A stretch of DNA of 64,000 bases from Bacteroidetes bacterium 24-39-8 (GTDB lineage Bacteria > Bacteroidota > Bacteroidia > Chitinophagales > Chitinophagaceae). The translations under genes and the position numbers were made by a program. Where the stretch lies: the NCBI GenBank assembly GCA_002256765.1, contig NCHJ01000002.1, positions 225 through 64,224 of the forward strand, written 5' to 3'. The notes below the pieces were generated by a model. The model saw only the letters and a list, made by a program, of their open reading frames with translations, was not told where the DNA came from and searched no databases. Of this stretch, positions 19,718-28,631 are shown piece by piece. Each line of letters starts with the position of its first letter. Positions within the stretch are counted from its first letter, which is position 1.

Positions 19718-21364
19718 ATGCAAAGACTTTTTTTATGCTTGGCGCTTTTGGGTTTTCAAACAACCAAGGCCCAAGACAGTATCCGTATTGCTGACCTTAG
19801 ATCAGCCGCAAAAGTGATTGATCTCTCTTATACCCAAAAAGAACTGGACACCATGTACGGTGGGGTGTTGGAGAATTTTGAAAACTATAGGCTCATGCAC
19901 AAACAGCACTTAGACAATTCAGTGCCCATGAGTCTTTGGCAAAATCCTGTTTTACCGGGAATGAAATTTGCCAGCAAACAAAATCCGATTGTTTGGAATC
20001 TTTCCGCAACGGTTTCCCTTCCCGCCAATAAACAGGAACTGGCTTTTTATTCTGTAGAGCAATTGGCAAGTCTGCTTAAAAACAAAAAAATCAGCTCCTT
20101 TGAACTGACACAATTTTTTATAGATCGTTTAAAAAAATACAGCGACACCCTGCAATGCGTGGTGAGCCTAACGGAAGAATTAGCCATGCAACAGGCTAGG
20201 GCCGCAGACGCAGAAATTGCCAAAGGAAAATATCGCGGTACGCTGCACGGAATTCCTTATGGTCTCAAAGACCTCTTTGCCGTAAAAGGTACCAAAACTA
20301 CCTGGGGTGCTGCTCCTTATAAGGATCAAGTGATTGAAGAAGACGCTTTTGTCTATACCAAACTCAAAGAAGCCGGCGCGGTATTGGTGGCCAAATTTAC
20401 CATGGGCGCTTTGGCCATGGGCGATTATTGGTTTGGTGGACGCACCAAGAATCCTTGGAATTTGAAAAACGGATCCTCAGGTTCTTCCGCGGGTTCTGCA
20501 TCGGCCACCGCCGCGGGTTTAATTCCCTTTGCTATTGGCACAGAAACCTGGGGGTCTATTACGTCTCCTTCTGCCACTTGTGGCGCCACGGGACTTAGAC
20601 CCACATTTGGCAGCATTAGCCGCTCTGGCGCCATGACCCTTAGCTGGAGTTTGGACAAAATTGGACCTATTTGCCGCAGCGCAGAAGACGCCGCCATGGT
20701 ATTTGCGGCCATTCATGGTACAGATGGCAAAGACCAGTCGGCAGTGAACATGCCCTTTAATTACCAACCCAATGCTGGTTTAAAAGGCAAAAAGATTGCC
20801 TATGCCAAAAACTATTTTGACAAAATCACCGATACTTCTAGGAACGAATGGAAGGTCTTGGATACTTATAGAAAACTAGGCGTGGAATTAATTCCTGTAA
20901 ATTTCCCAGATAGCGGGTTGTACAATTACAATATCATGGACGTGGTAATTAGCGCTGAATGCGCTGCCGCTTTTGACGAGTTTACCCGTAACGGCATTGA
21001 TGACCAGATGACCCGCCAAACAAAATTTGACTGGCCCAATAGTTTTAGAATTGCGCGACTCATGCCCGCAGTGGAATATATTAATGCCAATAGACAACGC
21101 TATTTGCTCATGCAGGCGGTAAACAAATTAATGGAAGGGGTAGACGCGGTAATTTGCCCAAATTTTGGCGGTAACCAATCTGCTATCACCAATCTGACTG
21201 GTCATCCTGTTATTTGTTTTCCTACAGGATTCGGTCGCAATCAATTGCCAACTAGTATTACCTTAGTGGGTAAATTATATGGAGAAGCCAGCATTTTGAG
21301 TGTTGCCAAAGCCTTCCAAGACGCCACTCAATGGAACAAAGAACACCCGGCCTTATTTAAATAA
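19718..21364 (+). CDS. Secreted amidase-signature family enzyme
   Basis: LHGIPYGLKD, GSSGSSAGS, GTETWGSI, and a signal peptide. Confidence 0.92.
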   Translation: MQRLFLCLALLGFQTTKAQDSIRIADLRSAAKVIDLSYTQKELDTMYGGVLENFENYRLMHKQHLDNSVPMSLWQNPVLPGMKFASKQNPIVWNLSATVSLPANKQELAFYSVEQLASLLKNKKISSFELTQFFIDRLKKYSDTLQCVVSLTEELAMQQARAADAEIAKGKYRGTLHGIPYGLKDLFAVKGTKTTWGAAPYKDQVIEEDAFVYTKLKEAGAVLVAKFTMGALAMGDYWFGGRTKNPWNLKNGSSGSSAGSASATAAGLIPFAIGTETWGSITSPSATCGATGLRPTFGSISRSGAMTLSWSLDKIGPICRSAEDAAMVFAAIHGTDGKDQSAVNMPFNYQPNAGLKGKKIAYAKNYFDKITDTSRNEWKVLDTYRKLGVELIPVNFPDSGLYNYNIMDVVISAECAAAFDEFTRNGIDDQMTRQTKFDWPNSFRIARLMPAVEYINANRQRYLLMQAVNKLMEGVDAVICPNFGGNQSAITNLTGHPVICFPTGFGRNQLPTSITLVGKLYGEASILSVAKAFQDATQWNKEHPALFK

Positions 21365-21381
21365 TCTTTCAACAGAACCAG

Positions 21382-23604
21382 ATGAACATGACCCCAACCA
21401 AAACCCTTAGCCTGATCTTGAGCAGTGGATTGCTCAGTATTTCTGCTTTTGCGCAACAAAACATTACCGGCTTTAGCGCAGCAGCGGCCGCCAAACAAAA
21501 ACAAATTGAACAACAGTTTGATGCCGGATTAAGCGCCGAGCGTATTGGCAAGAATATCAAAAACATGTCTGCCATTCCCCATCACTTGGGATCACCCGGT
21601 AGTAAGGCTGTGGCCGAAAACATCATGGCTCAGTTCAAACAATATGGTTGGGATGCTCAGATTGAAACCTATCAGGTTTTATTTCCTACTCCCAAAACCA
21701 GGGTCTTGGAAATGACGGCTCCCGGTGTTTATCAAGCACTTTTAAAAGAGCCCGCTCTTAATGAAGACGGTACCTCTAACCAAGAAGGTCAATTACCTAC
21801 TTATAATTGCTGGAGTGCCGATGGCGATGTTACCGCTGAATTGGTTTTTGTAAACTATGGTGTTCCCGCCGATTATGAAACCCTGGAAAAATTGGGCATT
21901 GACGTAAAGGGCAAGATTGTGATTGCCAAATACGGACGCTCTTGGAGGGGCATCAAACCAAAGATTGCCCAAGAACATGGCGCTCTGGGTTGTATTATTT
22001 ATTCAGATCCACAGGATGATGGTTATGGCGCGGGCGATGTTTATCCAAAAGGCGCTTTTAAAAATGAATATGGTGTTCAACGTGGTTCTATCATGGATAT
22101 GGTCATTTATCCTGGTGACCCACTGACCCCCAATATTGGTTCTACGGCTAATGCCAAAAGGTTGGACCGTTTGGCTGCGCCTAATTTGCTAAAAATTCCT
22201 GTTTTACCCATAAGTTATCACGATGCCAAACCCCTTTTAGAAGCCCTTGGTGGTCCGGTAGCCCCGGCAGATTGGAGAGGTGGTCTGCCCTTTACCTATC
22301 ATGTTGGACCCGGTAAAACCAAGGTTCATTTGAAAGTTGATTTTAACTGGAACACGGTTCCTGCCTATAATGTAATTGCCAAAATCAAGGGTTCTGTTTA
22401 TCCTGACCAATGGGTCTTGCGCGGTAACCACCACGATGCTTGGGTGAATGGTGCCAATGATCCCGTGAGCGGGATGGCGGCTGAACTAGAAGAAGCCCGT
22501 GCCATTGGTGAGTTATTAAAAACCGGTTGGAAACCCAAACGCACTTTGGTGTATTGTGCTTGGGATGGTGAAGAGCAGGGCTTGATGGGTTCTACCGAAT
22601 GGGTAGAAGACCATGCTGCTGAACTACAACAAAAAGTAGTCTTGTATATTAATTCTGATAGTAATGGCCGCGGATTTTTAGGCGCGGAAGGATCCCACGC
22701 TTTGGAGTCCTTGGTATTTGAAGCAGCCAAAGACGTAATAGACCCACAAACCGGCGTTAGCGTTTTTGAAAGAAGAAGAGCTGCTGATATAGCTGTTGCT
22801 GCAAGCCCCAAAGCCAAACAAACTGCCATGCTGGAAAAAGACCTGCACTTAGGCGCCATGGGTTCTGGTTCTGACTATTCATCCTTTATCCAACACTTGG
22901 GTATCCCCGCTTTGAATATTGGTTTTGGTGGAGAAGACCCCGGTGGTGAATACCATAGCATTTATGATAGCTATGACCATTATAGCCGTTTCAAAGACCC
23001 CGGTTTTAATTATGGGGTGGCTTTGGGTAAGGTAAATGGTAGGGCCGTTTTGCGCATGGCCGATGCGGAACAACTACCCTTTAATTTTGCTATTCTGCAA
23101 AAAACCATTGCGGGTTATGTAAAGGAATTGAGTAACACAACGGATCAAATGCGTGAAAATACCCAGATTGAAAACGATGTTATCAATAGCAAAGCCTATG
23201 TTTTGGCCGCTGATCCTACAGAAAAACAGCAATTGCCAAAGCTTAAATCTGCTGTTCCCTTTATAGATTTTTCTCCTGTTCAAAACGCACTAGCAGAATT
23301 AGAAAACGCTTCTAAAACCCTGAATCAATGGGTGGCTAAAACAGGAACTTTAAGTGAGAAAGCCAATGCTAGCTTATATAGAGCCGAGCAACAACTCTTG
23401 TCAGGTACTGGTTTACCCAGAAGGCCTTGGTTCAAACATACCATCTATGCCCCTGGATTTTATACTGGCTATGGCGTGAAAACCATGCCTGGTATTAGAG
23501 AGGCTATTGAACAAAAAGATTGGAAAGAAGCCCAGGAGCAGATTCAAATTGCCGCAGCTCAAATGAAACAATTAGCGGCTCATTTATTGTCCATTCCCCA
23601 ATAA
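21382..23604 (+). CDS. M28 peptidase, glutamate carboxypeptidase II-like (PA and TfR-dimerisation domains)
   Basis: GNHHDAW, GANDP, WDGEEQGL.GSTEW, GSGSDY, YHSIYD, RPWFKH. Confidence 0.92.
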   Translation: MNMTPTKTLSLILSSGLLSISAFAQQNITGFSAAAAAKQKQIEQQFDAGLSAERIGKNIKNMSAIPHHLGSPGSKAVAENIMAQFKQYGWDAQIETYQVLFPTPKTRVLEMTAPGVYQALLKEPALNEDGTSNQEGQLPTYNCWSADGDVTAELVFVNYGVPADYETLEKLGIDVKGKIVIAKYGRSWRGIKPKIAQEHGALGCIIYSDPQDDGYGAGDVYPKGAFKNEYGVQRGSIMDMVIYPGDPLTPNIGSTANAKRLDRLAAPNLLKIPVLPISYHDAKPLLEALGGPVAPADWRGGLPFTYHVGPGKTKVHLKVDFNWNTVPAYNVIAKIKGSVYPDQWVLRGNHHDAWVNGANDPVSGMAAELEEARAIGELLKTGWKPKRTLVYCAWDGEEQGLMGSTEWVEDHAAELQQKVVLYINSDSNGRGFLGAEGSHALESLVFEAAKDVIDPQTGVSVFERRRAADIAVAASPKAKQTAMLEKDLHLGAMGSGSDYSSFIQHLGIPALNIGFGGEDPGGEYHSIYDSYDHYSRFKDPGFNYGVALGKVNGRAVLRMADAEQLPFNFAILQKTIAGYVKELSNTTDQMRENTQIENDVINSKAYVLAADPTEKQQLPKLKSAVPFIDFSPVQNALAELENASKTLNQWVAKTGTLSEKANASLYRAEQQLLSGTGLPRRPWFKHTIYAPGFYTGYGVKTMPGIREAIEQKDWKEAQEQIQIAAAQMKQLAAHLLSIPQ

Positions 23605-23610
23605 GCTGGT

Positions 23611-24750
23611 ATGAAAAAAATAGGTTGGGGTTTATTAGTCTTGGTTTTGTTGGCTTCCTGCGCCAGCAGAAAAATGGCTGTTTCTGATCAAGGGATTGGG
23701 CAGCTGAAACTCTTGGGTCATTATGATGTGGCGCACAATAAACCCTTTATGGGCACTACCATTGGTGGGCTATCGGGCATTGATTATGACGCCAAAAATG
23801 ACCGATATTTTCTCATATGCGACGATAGGTCCGCGATCAACCCTGCCCGTTTTTATACTGTGAAATTGGTCTTGGGTAAGAGCGGCATTGACTCGGTTCA
23901 ATGGCTAAGTGTGCAGTCTTTGTTACAGGCAAATGGTAAATCCTATCCCTCTTCCAAAGAAGACCCCGCCAAAACACCGGATCCCGAGGCCATTAGATTT
24001 GACGCGTCTAAAAACCAATTGGTTTGGACCAGTGAGGGAGAGCGAATTGTCAGGGACAAAGAAACCGTCTTGGCTAATCCCGCTATTACCCGCATGGGTT
24101 TGAATGGGCAATATATTGATACCCTACCCCTGCCCGAAAACCTGCGGATGCGCGCCACAGAAAAAGGTCCCAGACAGAACGGGGTGTTGGAGGGTATGAG
24201 TTTTGACAAGGACTTCAAGACCCTTTATGTTAATGTGGAAGAGCCCTTGTATGAAGATGGGCCAAGGGCCAATTTGACCCCCAATAAAGCTTGGATTAGA
24301 ATCTATGAATATGACCTAAAGTCTAATAAGAATAGGGCACAATACGCGTATTTATTGGATCCTGTGGCATATCCGGCTACACCTGCTACCGCATTTAAAG
24401 TGAATGGGGTGCCCGATATCTTTGCCATTGGCAAGAACAAACTCCTAGTAATGGAGCGTTCATTTTCTACCGGAAGACTTCCTTGCACCATCAAGATTTT
24501 TGAAGTGGATCTAAACGGCGCAGAAGATATTAGTAAGAATGCCTCACTGATCACATCGCCACCGGCAAAACCCTTGACCAAAAAATTATTGTTGAACATG
24601 GATTCCCTTGGTCTATATGTTGACAATGTGGAGGGCATGTGTTTTGGTCCCACCCTACCCAATGGGCATAAAACCTTGGTCATGGTGGCCGATAATAACT
24701 TTCAACTTTTTGAAACCACCCAATTTTTCCTGTTTGAAATAATTCCATGA
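23611..24750 (+). CDS. Phytase-like esterase beta-propeller lipoprotein
   Basis: Lipobox LASC, GGLSGIDY, DPEAIR, DNVEG, DNNF. Confidence 0.85.
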   Translation: MKKIGWGLLVLVLLASCASRKMAVSDQGIGQLKLLGHYDVAHNKPFMGTTIGGLSGIDYDAKNDRYFLICDDRSAINPARFYTVKLVLGKSGIDSVQWLSVQSLLQANGKSYPSSKEDPAKTPDPEAIRFDASKNQLVWTSEGERIVRDKETVLANPAITRMGLNGQYIDTLPLPENLRMRATEKGPRQNGVLEGMSFDKDFKTLYVNVEEPLYEDGPRANLTPNKAWIRIYEYDLKSNKNRAQYAYLLDPVAYPATPATAFKVNGVPDIFAIGKNKLLVMERSFSTGRLPCTIKIFEVDLNGAEDISKNASLITSPPAKPLTKKLLLNMDSLGLYVDNVEGMCFGPTLPNGHKTLVMVADNNFQLFETTQFFLFEIIP

Positions 24751-25337
24751 GCAAGTCTTATTCTATAGTCATCCTTTTCATCTTGTTCCTAGGTTGTAAG
24801 CCCAAACCCGTGTATGAAAACCCGCACGTGCTTATTCAAACCAAGTATGGCGAGATTGAATTGGAACTCTATCCCAAAAAAGCACCCAAAACAGTGGAGG
24901 CATTTCTGTCTTATGTAGATTCTGGCTTCTATTTTAATAGCGGTTTTTATAGGGCCCTCAATATGGAGAACCAACCCAGCAATGCTCCCAAAACAGAGCT
25001 GATTCAGGGGGGCATTTGGAAAACCAATTATAAAAAAGCGGTTGCTATTAAGGGCATTCCTCATGAAAGCACCAAGGAAACGGGCATTTTACATACAGAA
25101 GGGGTCATTTCTCTGGCCCGGGCCGCTCCTGGCACCGCCGGTACCGAATTCTTTATAGTCATTGGTAACCAACCCGGTTTGGATTTTGGCGGAGAAAACT
25201 GCGAAGACAGACAGGGTTATGCCGCTTTTGGTAAAGTGGTGAAGGGCTTAAACCTGGTCTTTAAAATCTCTGGTCAAAAGCTCAACGGTCAGTACCTCTG
25301 GCCACAGGTTGATATTTACAACATTGTAAGACCATGA
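24747..25337 (+). CDS. Cyclophilin-type peptidyl-prolyl isomerase (lipoprotein)
   Basis: LGC lipobox, APKTV..F, FYR, LIQGG, SLAR, EFFI, YAAFGKVVKG. Confidence 0.9.
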   Translation: MSKSYSIVILFILFLGCKPKPVYENPHVLIQTKYGEIELELYPKKAPKTVEAFLSYVDSGFYFNSGFYRALNMENQPSNAPKTELIQGGIWKTNYKKAVAIKGIPHESTKETGILHTEGVISLARAAPGTAGTEFFIVIGNQPGLDFGGENCEDRQGYAAFGKVVKGLNLVFKISGQKLNGQYLWPQVDIYNIVRP

Positions 25338-25357
25338 TAATCAATGATTTAACAGAT

Positions 25358-25407
25358 TTTAGGTTTTCTTTAGGTTTCATTTAAGACTTATTGGCACGCT
25401 GATTGGA
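25358..25407 (+). promoter_or_regulatory. 11-bp-spaced direct repeats and a sigma54-like -24/-12 element
   Basis: TTTAGGTTT at 25358 and 25369, degenerate TTTAAGACT at 25380, then TGGCACG-CTGA-TTGGA at 25392-25407. Confidence 0.45.
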
Positions 25408-25448
25408 TAGGTATAGTAAATAAGATTACTAACCTAAACAGTTATGTT

Positions 25449-26027
25449 ATGAAAAAGCAGTTTGGATTTCTGACCTTGGTCGGTGTCTTGATCTTCTTAA
25501 TCAGTTGTGGTACCACTGCAAGGGTACAAAAAGATGATTCGGTAGACTTTAAACAAATGAGAACCTATGCTTGGGTAGATCCCAGTTCTAAGGATAGCGC
25601 TAAACCTTTGGCCAAAACCAATGACTTGGTAGATAGGAAAATCAAGGAAAGTATTGATAAAAACCTGAAAGCAAGTGGTTGGAAAATGAACCAGAAAAAC
25701 CCAGATGTATTATTGGTCTATGAAATTGACGTGGAAAAAGAGAAGCGCAACCTGCGCACCCCCGTCTATTCTGACCCCCAATACAGGTATTTGTATAGTC
25801 CTTTTAGTAGAAGATGGATTCCTGTTTATTACCCATCTACATTAATGGGTTATCAAAACAATGTTCAAACCGTTCAGGAGCATACTTTAACTGTTACCCT
25901 CTTGGATGCCCAGTCTGATAAAACCATTTGGCAGGGTTGGACTACCATGGACACAGATTCTAGAAGATTAACAGACAAAGAGATAGAAAAAAATGTAAAA
26001 GCCATTGTGCAACAATTGCAACAATAA
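25449..26027 (+). CDS. DUF4136-like lipoprotein
   Basis: LISC lipobox, DF...RTYAW, PDVLL, TL...LLDA....IWQG. Confidence 0.8.
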   Translation: MKKQFGFLTLVGVLIFLISCGTTARVQKDDSVDFKQMRTYAWVDPSSKDSAKPLAKTNDLVDRKIKESIDKNLKASGWKMNQKNPDVLLVYEIDVEKEKRNLRTPVYSDPQYRYLYSPFSRRWIPVYYPSTLMGYQNNVQTVQEHTLTVTLLDAQSDKTIWQGWTTMDTDSRRLTDKEIEKNVKAIVQQLQQ

Positions 26028-26069
26028 GGTTCACCCTTAACCAAATTCCCCCGAGGTTTAAACAAAAGC

Positions 26070-26104
26070 GGCCGCCAGCTAAATACTGGTGGCCCTTTCT
26101 TTTA
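26070..26104 (+). terminator. Rho-independent terminator
   Basis: GGCCGCCAG-CTAAATA-CTGGTGGCC followed by CTTTCTTTT. Confidence 0.65.
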
Positions 26105-26366
26105 GGGACCCATCTTAAAATAAAATATTAAGTTGATAACAGGATGCAACAGGATAGATGTAAAACTGACAATTGTTAATTTGAGCTTAAATACAACTTA
26201 AAAGGTTGTACTAGCTGCTTGTCGATTGCCATAAAGTCCATATCTCCCCCTTGAGCTTTTATGCAATTCCCCATACGGCCGGAACACACTAAGTTGTCAT
26301 TTAAAAAAATTGGACGGTGTTTTACCCAAGACACTGGTAAGATAAACACAAACGACTGCTACTGTT

Positions 26367-28583
26367 ATGAGAAGAGTTCTAAGTTCCGTTCTTGTCATCG
26401 TGACCCTTATGTCTATTGTATCTACAGGATGTAAGAAAAAGGCATTTGATGAATTTTATGGTAGACCAGATACCCTGGCCCAACCCATTTACCAAGTTTT
26501 GCAACAAAAAGGAAATTTCAATACCCTGCTTGCCTGTATAGATAAGGCGGGTTACCGCAATATCCTTGGTGCTGCGGGTTATTGGACCTTGTTTGCGCCT
26601 AATGACGCGGCTTTTCAAAAGTTTTTTGCAGAGCAGGGTATTTCAGGAATTGACAAAATTGATTCTGCTACCGCACAAGGTATTGTCACTTATGCTTTGG
26701 CCTATAATGCGTTTACAAAAGCTAGGTTAAATGACTACCAAGCCAATACAGGTTGGATTCCCAACAATAGTTTCCGTAGAAGAACCGCTAACTACAATAG
26801 CTTTTATGATGATACCACTAAAACAGGTACAGTAGTAAAAGCACTTGGCTCTAATAGGAACAATAATTTTGTAAACGGAGACAATAATAATAAGTACATC
26901 AGTTATTTTACTGATGTTTATTTTACCGCCAAAGGTCTTCCAACATCGGACTATACTTACTTCTATCCTAATAGCAGTTTCTCTGGTTTCAATGTGATGG
27001 ATGCAGCAGTGTTGAAATCTGACTATGTTGCAGAAAACGGTTACATACACGAGATTGACAAAGTAATCTTACCAACTAAAAACATTGATCAGCACTTAAA
27101 AACTACTACTCAATATAGTGAGTTCAAAAAATTGTTGGATAAATACATTGTATCTTTTGTTAGTAATGCAGACGCTACTAATAGGTATAAATTATTGACT
27201 GGAAAAAATGATCCGGTTTACATTAAACAGTTTGCTCCTACAACAGCTTTTTCTCCTAACAATGAAAACTTTTTAAAGGCACAGGATAATGATGGTCAGT
27301 CAAATTCATTTACCTTAATTGCGCCCAACAATACTGCAACGCTGAATTATATTCAAAATGTATTGTTAGAAAGATATAGCTCATTAGACGCACTACCTAC
27401 CCAGATTATTCAAGACTTTGTGAATGCGCATATGTGGCAGACCGCTGTATGGCCTAGCAAATTTGCGCTTACCAATAATGCACAGGGACAAGCACCAACA
27501 ATTAACGCAACATCTGATATTGTAGAAAAGAAAGTGTTGAGTAATGGTTTCTTTTATGGTTCTAATAAAGTGCAAGAAGCCAATGTGTTTAGAACTGTTT
27601 ACGGAAGGGCATATTTGGATCCAGCTAATTTGTTAATGACAAGGGCACTTGATCAGAGTTACCGTTTTACTGTTACCATTCCTAGTATCAAATACGTGAT
27701 GGTGATGATGAGTGATGCGGTAATGAAAAAAAGAGGTTATGATTTTAGTACTGTTTTAAATGCTTGGACTTATACTAAACCAGGAACAACTACGGTAACA
27801 TCTGGAAGTGTACCCAATAGTGACCTTCAAAGAATTTTAGGAACACATATTATACCAATTACAACAGGTGAATTAGATAATATTACAGGTACTGGAATTA
27901 TTGAAACAGCCAGTGGGGATTATATTAAATGGAATAATGGTAAATTTTCTTCCGCTGGTTCAGAAGATAGTTTATATACCGTTAACACTAGTTCTACCAA
28001 AACCTCTTTTAATGGAAGGGTTTATTATGCAGACAACTTGCTCACTTTTAGCACAAGAAATTTTGGATTAAAATTGGTTGCCCTAGCAGGTACATCCGCA
28101 GCAAATTCTCAGTTTTTTAATTTTGTTTCTTATCTGAGAAACGCCACCATTTTTACTGCTGCATCAGGTGCTATTTTAACGGTTCAACCAGGTGTGTTCT
28201 ACACTTCTTTTGTTCCCAATAATGCAGCCATAGTTCAAGCCGTAAAAGACGGAATGCTTCCAGGAAACAAAACAACAGGGGTTCCTAATTTTGCTCCTAC
28301 TTTACAAACTGACAGAGACCTTGTAAATTCTTTTATCTATAATCATATTCTGAATAAAGCTACCGTTGTTCCTGATGGTAAAAAACAAGGGACTTTTGAA
28401 ACCCTGTATAAAAATCCTGCAGGTGACGCGGGTCAAGTAAGTATTACTAGTGCTTTAAATACTATGCAGATCAAGGATAATTTTAATAGAACATCCAATC
28501 TGGTCATTGCCAATAGTAATAATCTAGCCGACCGTTGTGTGATTCATTTGATTGATGGATACATCAAATACAATCCTAACTAG
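26367..28583 (+). CDS. Multi-fasciclin (FAS1) domain surface lipoprotein
   Basis: Lipobox STGC-KKK. FAS1 motifs WTLFAPNDAAF, NGYIHEIDKV, FTLIAPNN, YTSFVPNNAAI, VIHLID. Confidence 0.85.
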   Translation: MRRVLSSVLVIVTLMSIVSTGCKKKAFDEFYGRPDTLAQPIYQVLQQKGNFNTLLACIDKAGYRNILGAAGYWTLFAPNDAAFQKFFAEQGISGIDKIDSATAQGIVTYALAYNAFTKARLNDYQANTGWIPNNSFRRRTANYNSFYDDTTKTGTVVKALGSNRNNNFVNGDNNNKYISYFTDVYFTAKGLPTSDYTYFYPNSSFSGFNVMDAAVLKSDYVAENGYIHEIDKVILPTKNIDQHLKTTTQYSEFKKLLDKYIVSFVSNADATNRYKLLTGKNDPVYIKQFAPTTAFSPNNENFLKAQDNDGQSNSFTLIAPNNTATLNYIQNVLLERYSSLDALPTQIIQDFVNAHMWQTAVWPSKFALTNNAQGQAPTINATSDIVEKKVLSNGFFYGSNKVQEANVFRTVYGRAYLDPANLLMTRALDQSYRFTVTIPSIKYVMVMMSDAVMKKRGYDFSTVLNAWTYTKPGTTTVTSGSVPNSDLQRILGTHIIPITTGELDNITGTGIIETASGDYIKWNNGKFSSAGSEDSLYTVNTSSTKTSFNGRVYYADNLLTFSTRNFGLKLVALAGTSAANSQFFNFVSYLRNATIFTAASGAILTVQPGVFYTSFVPNNAAIVQAVKDGMLPGNKTTGVPNFAPTLQTDRDLVNSFIYNHILNKATVVPDGKKQGTFETLYKNPAGDAGQVSITSALNTMQIKDNFNRTSNLVIANSNNLADRCVIHLIDGYIKYNPN

Positions 28584-28631
28584 ATTAAGCAATAGTTACC
28601 CAAAACCTAATTCCCATTTACACAAAGTCAT

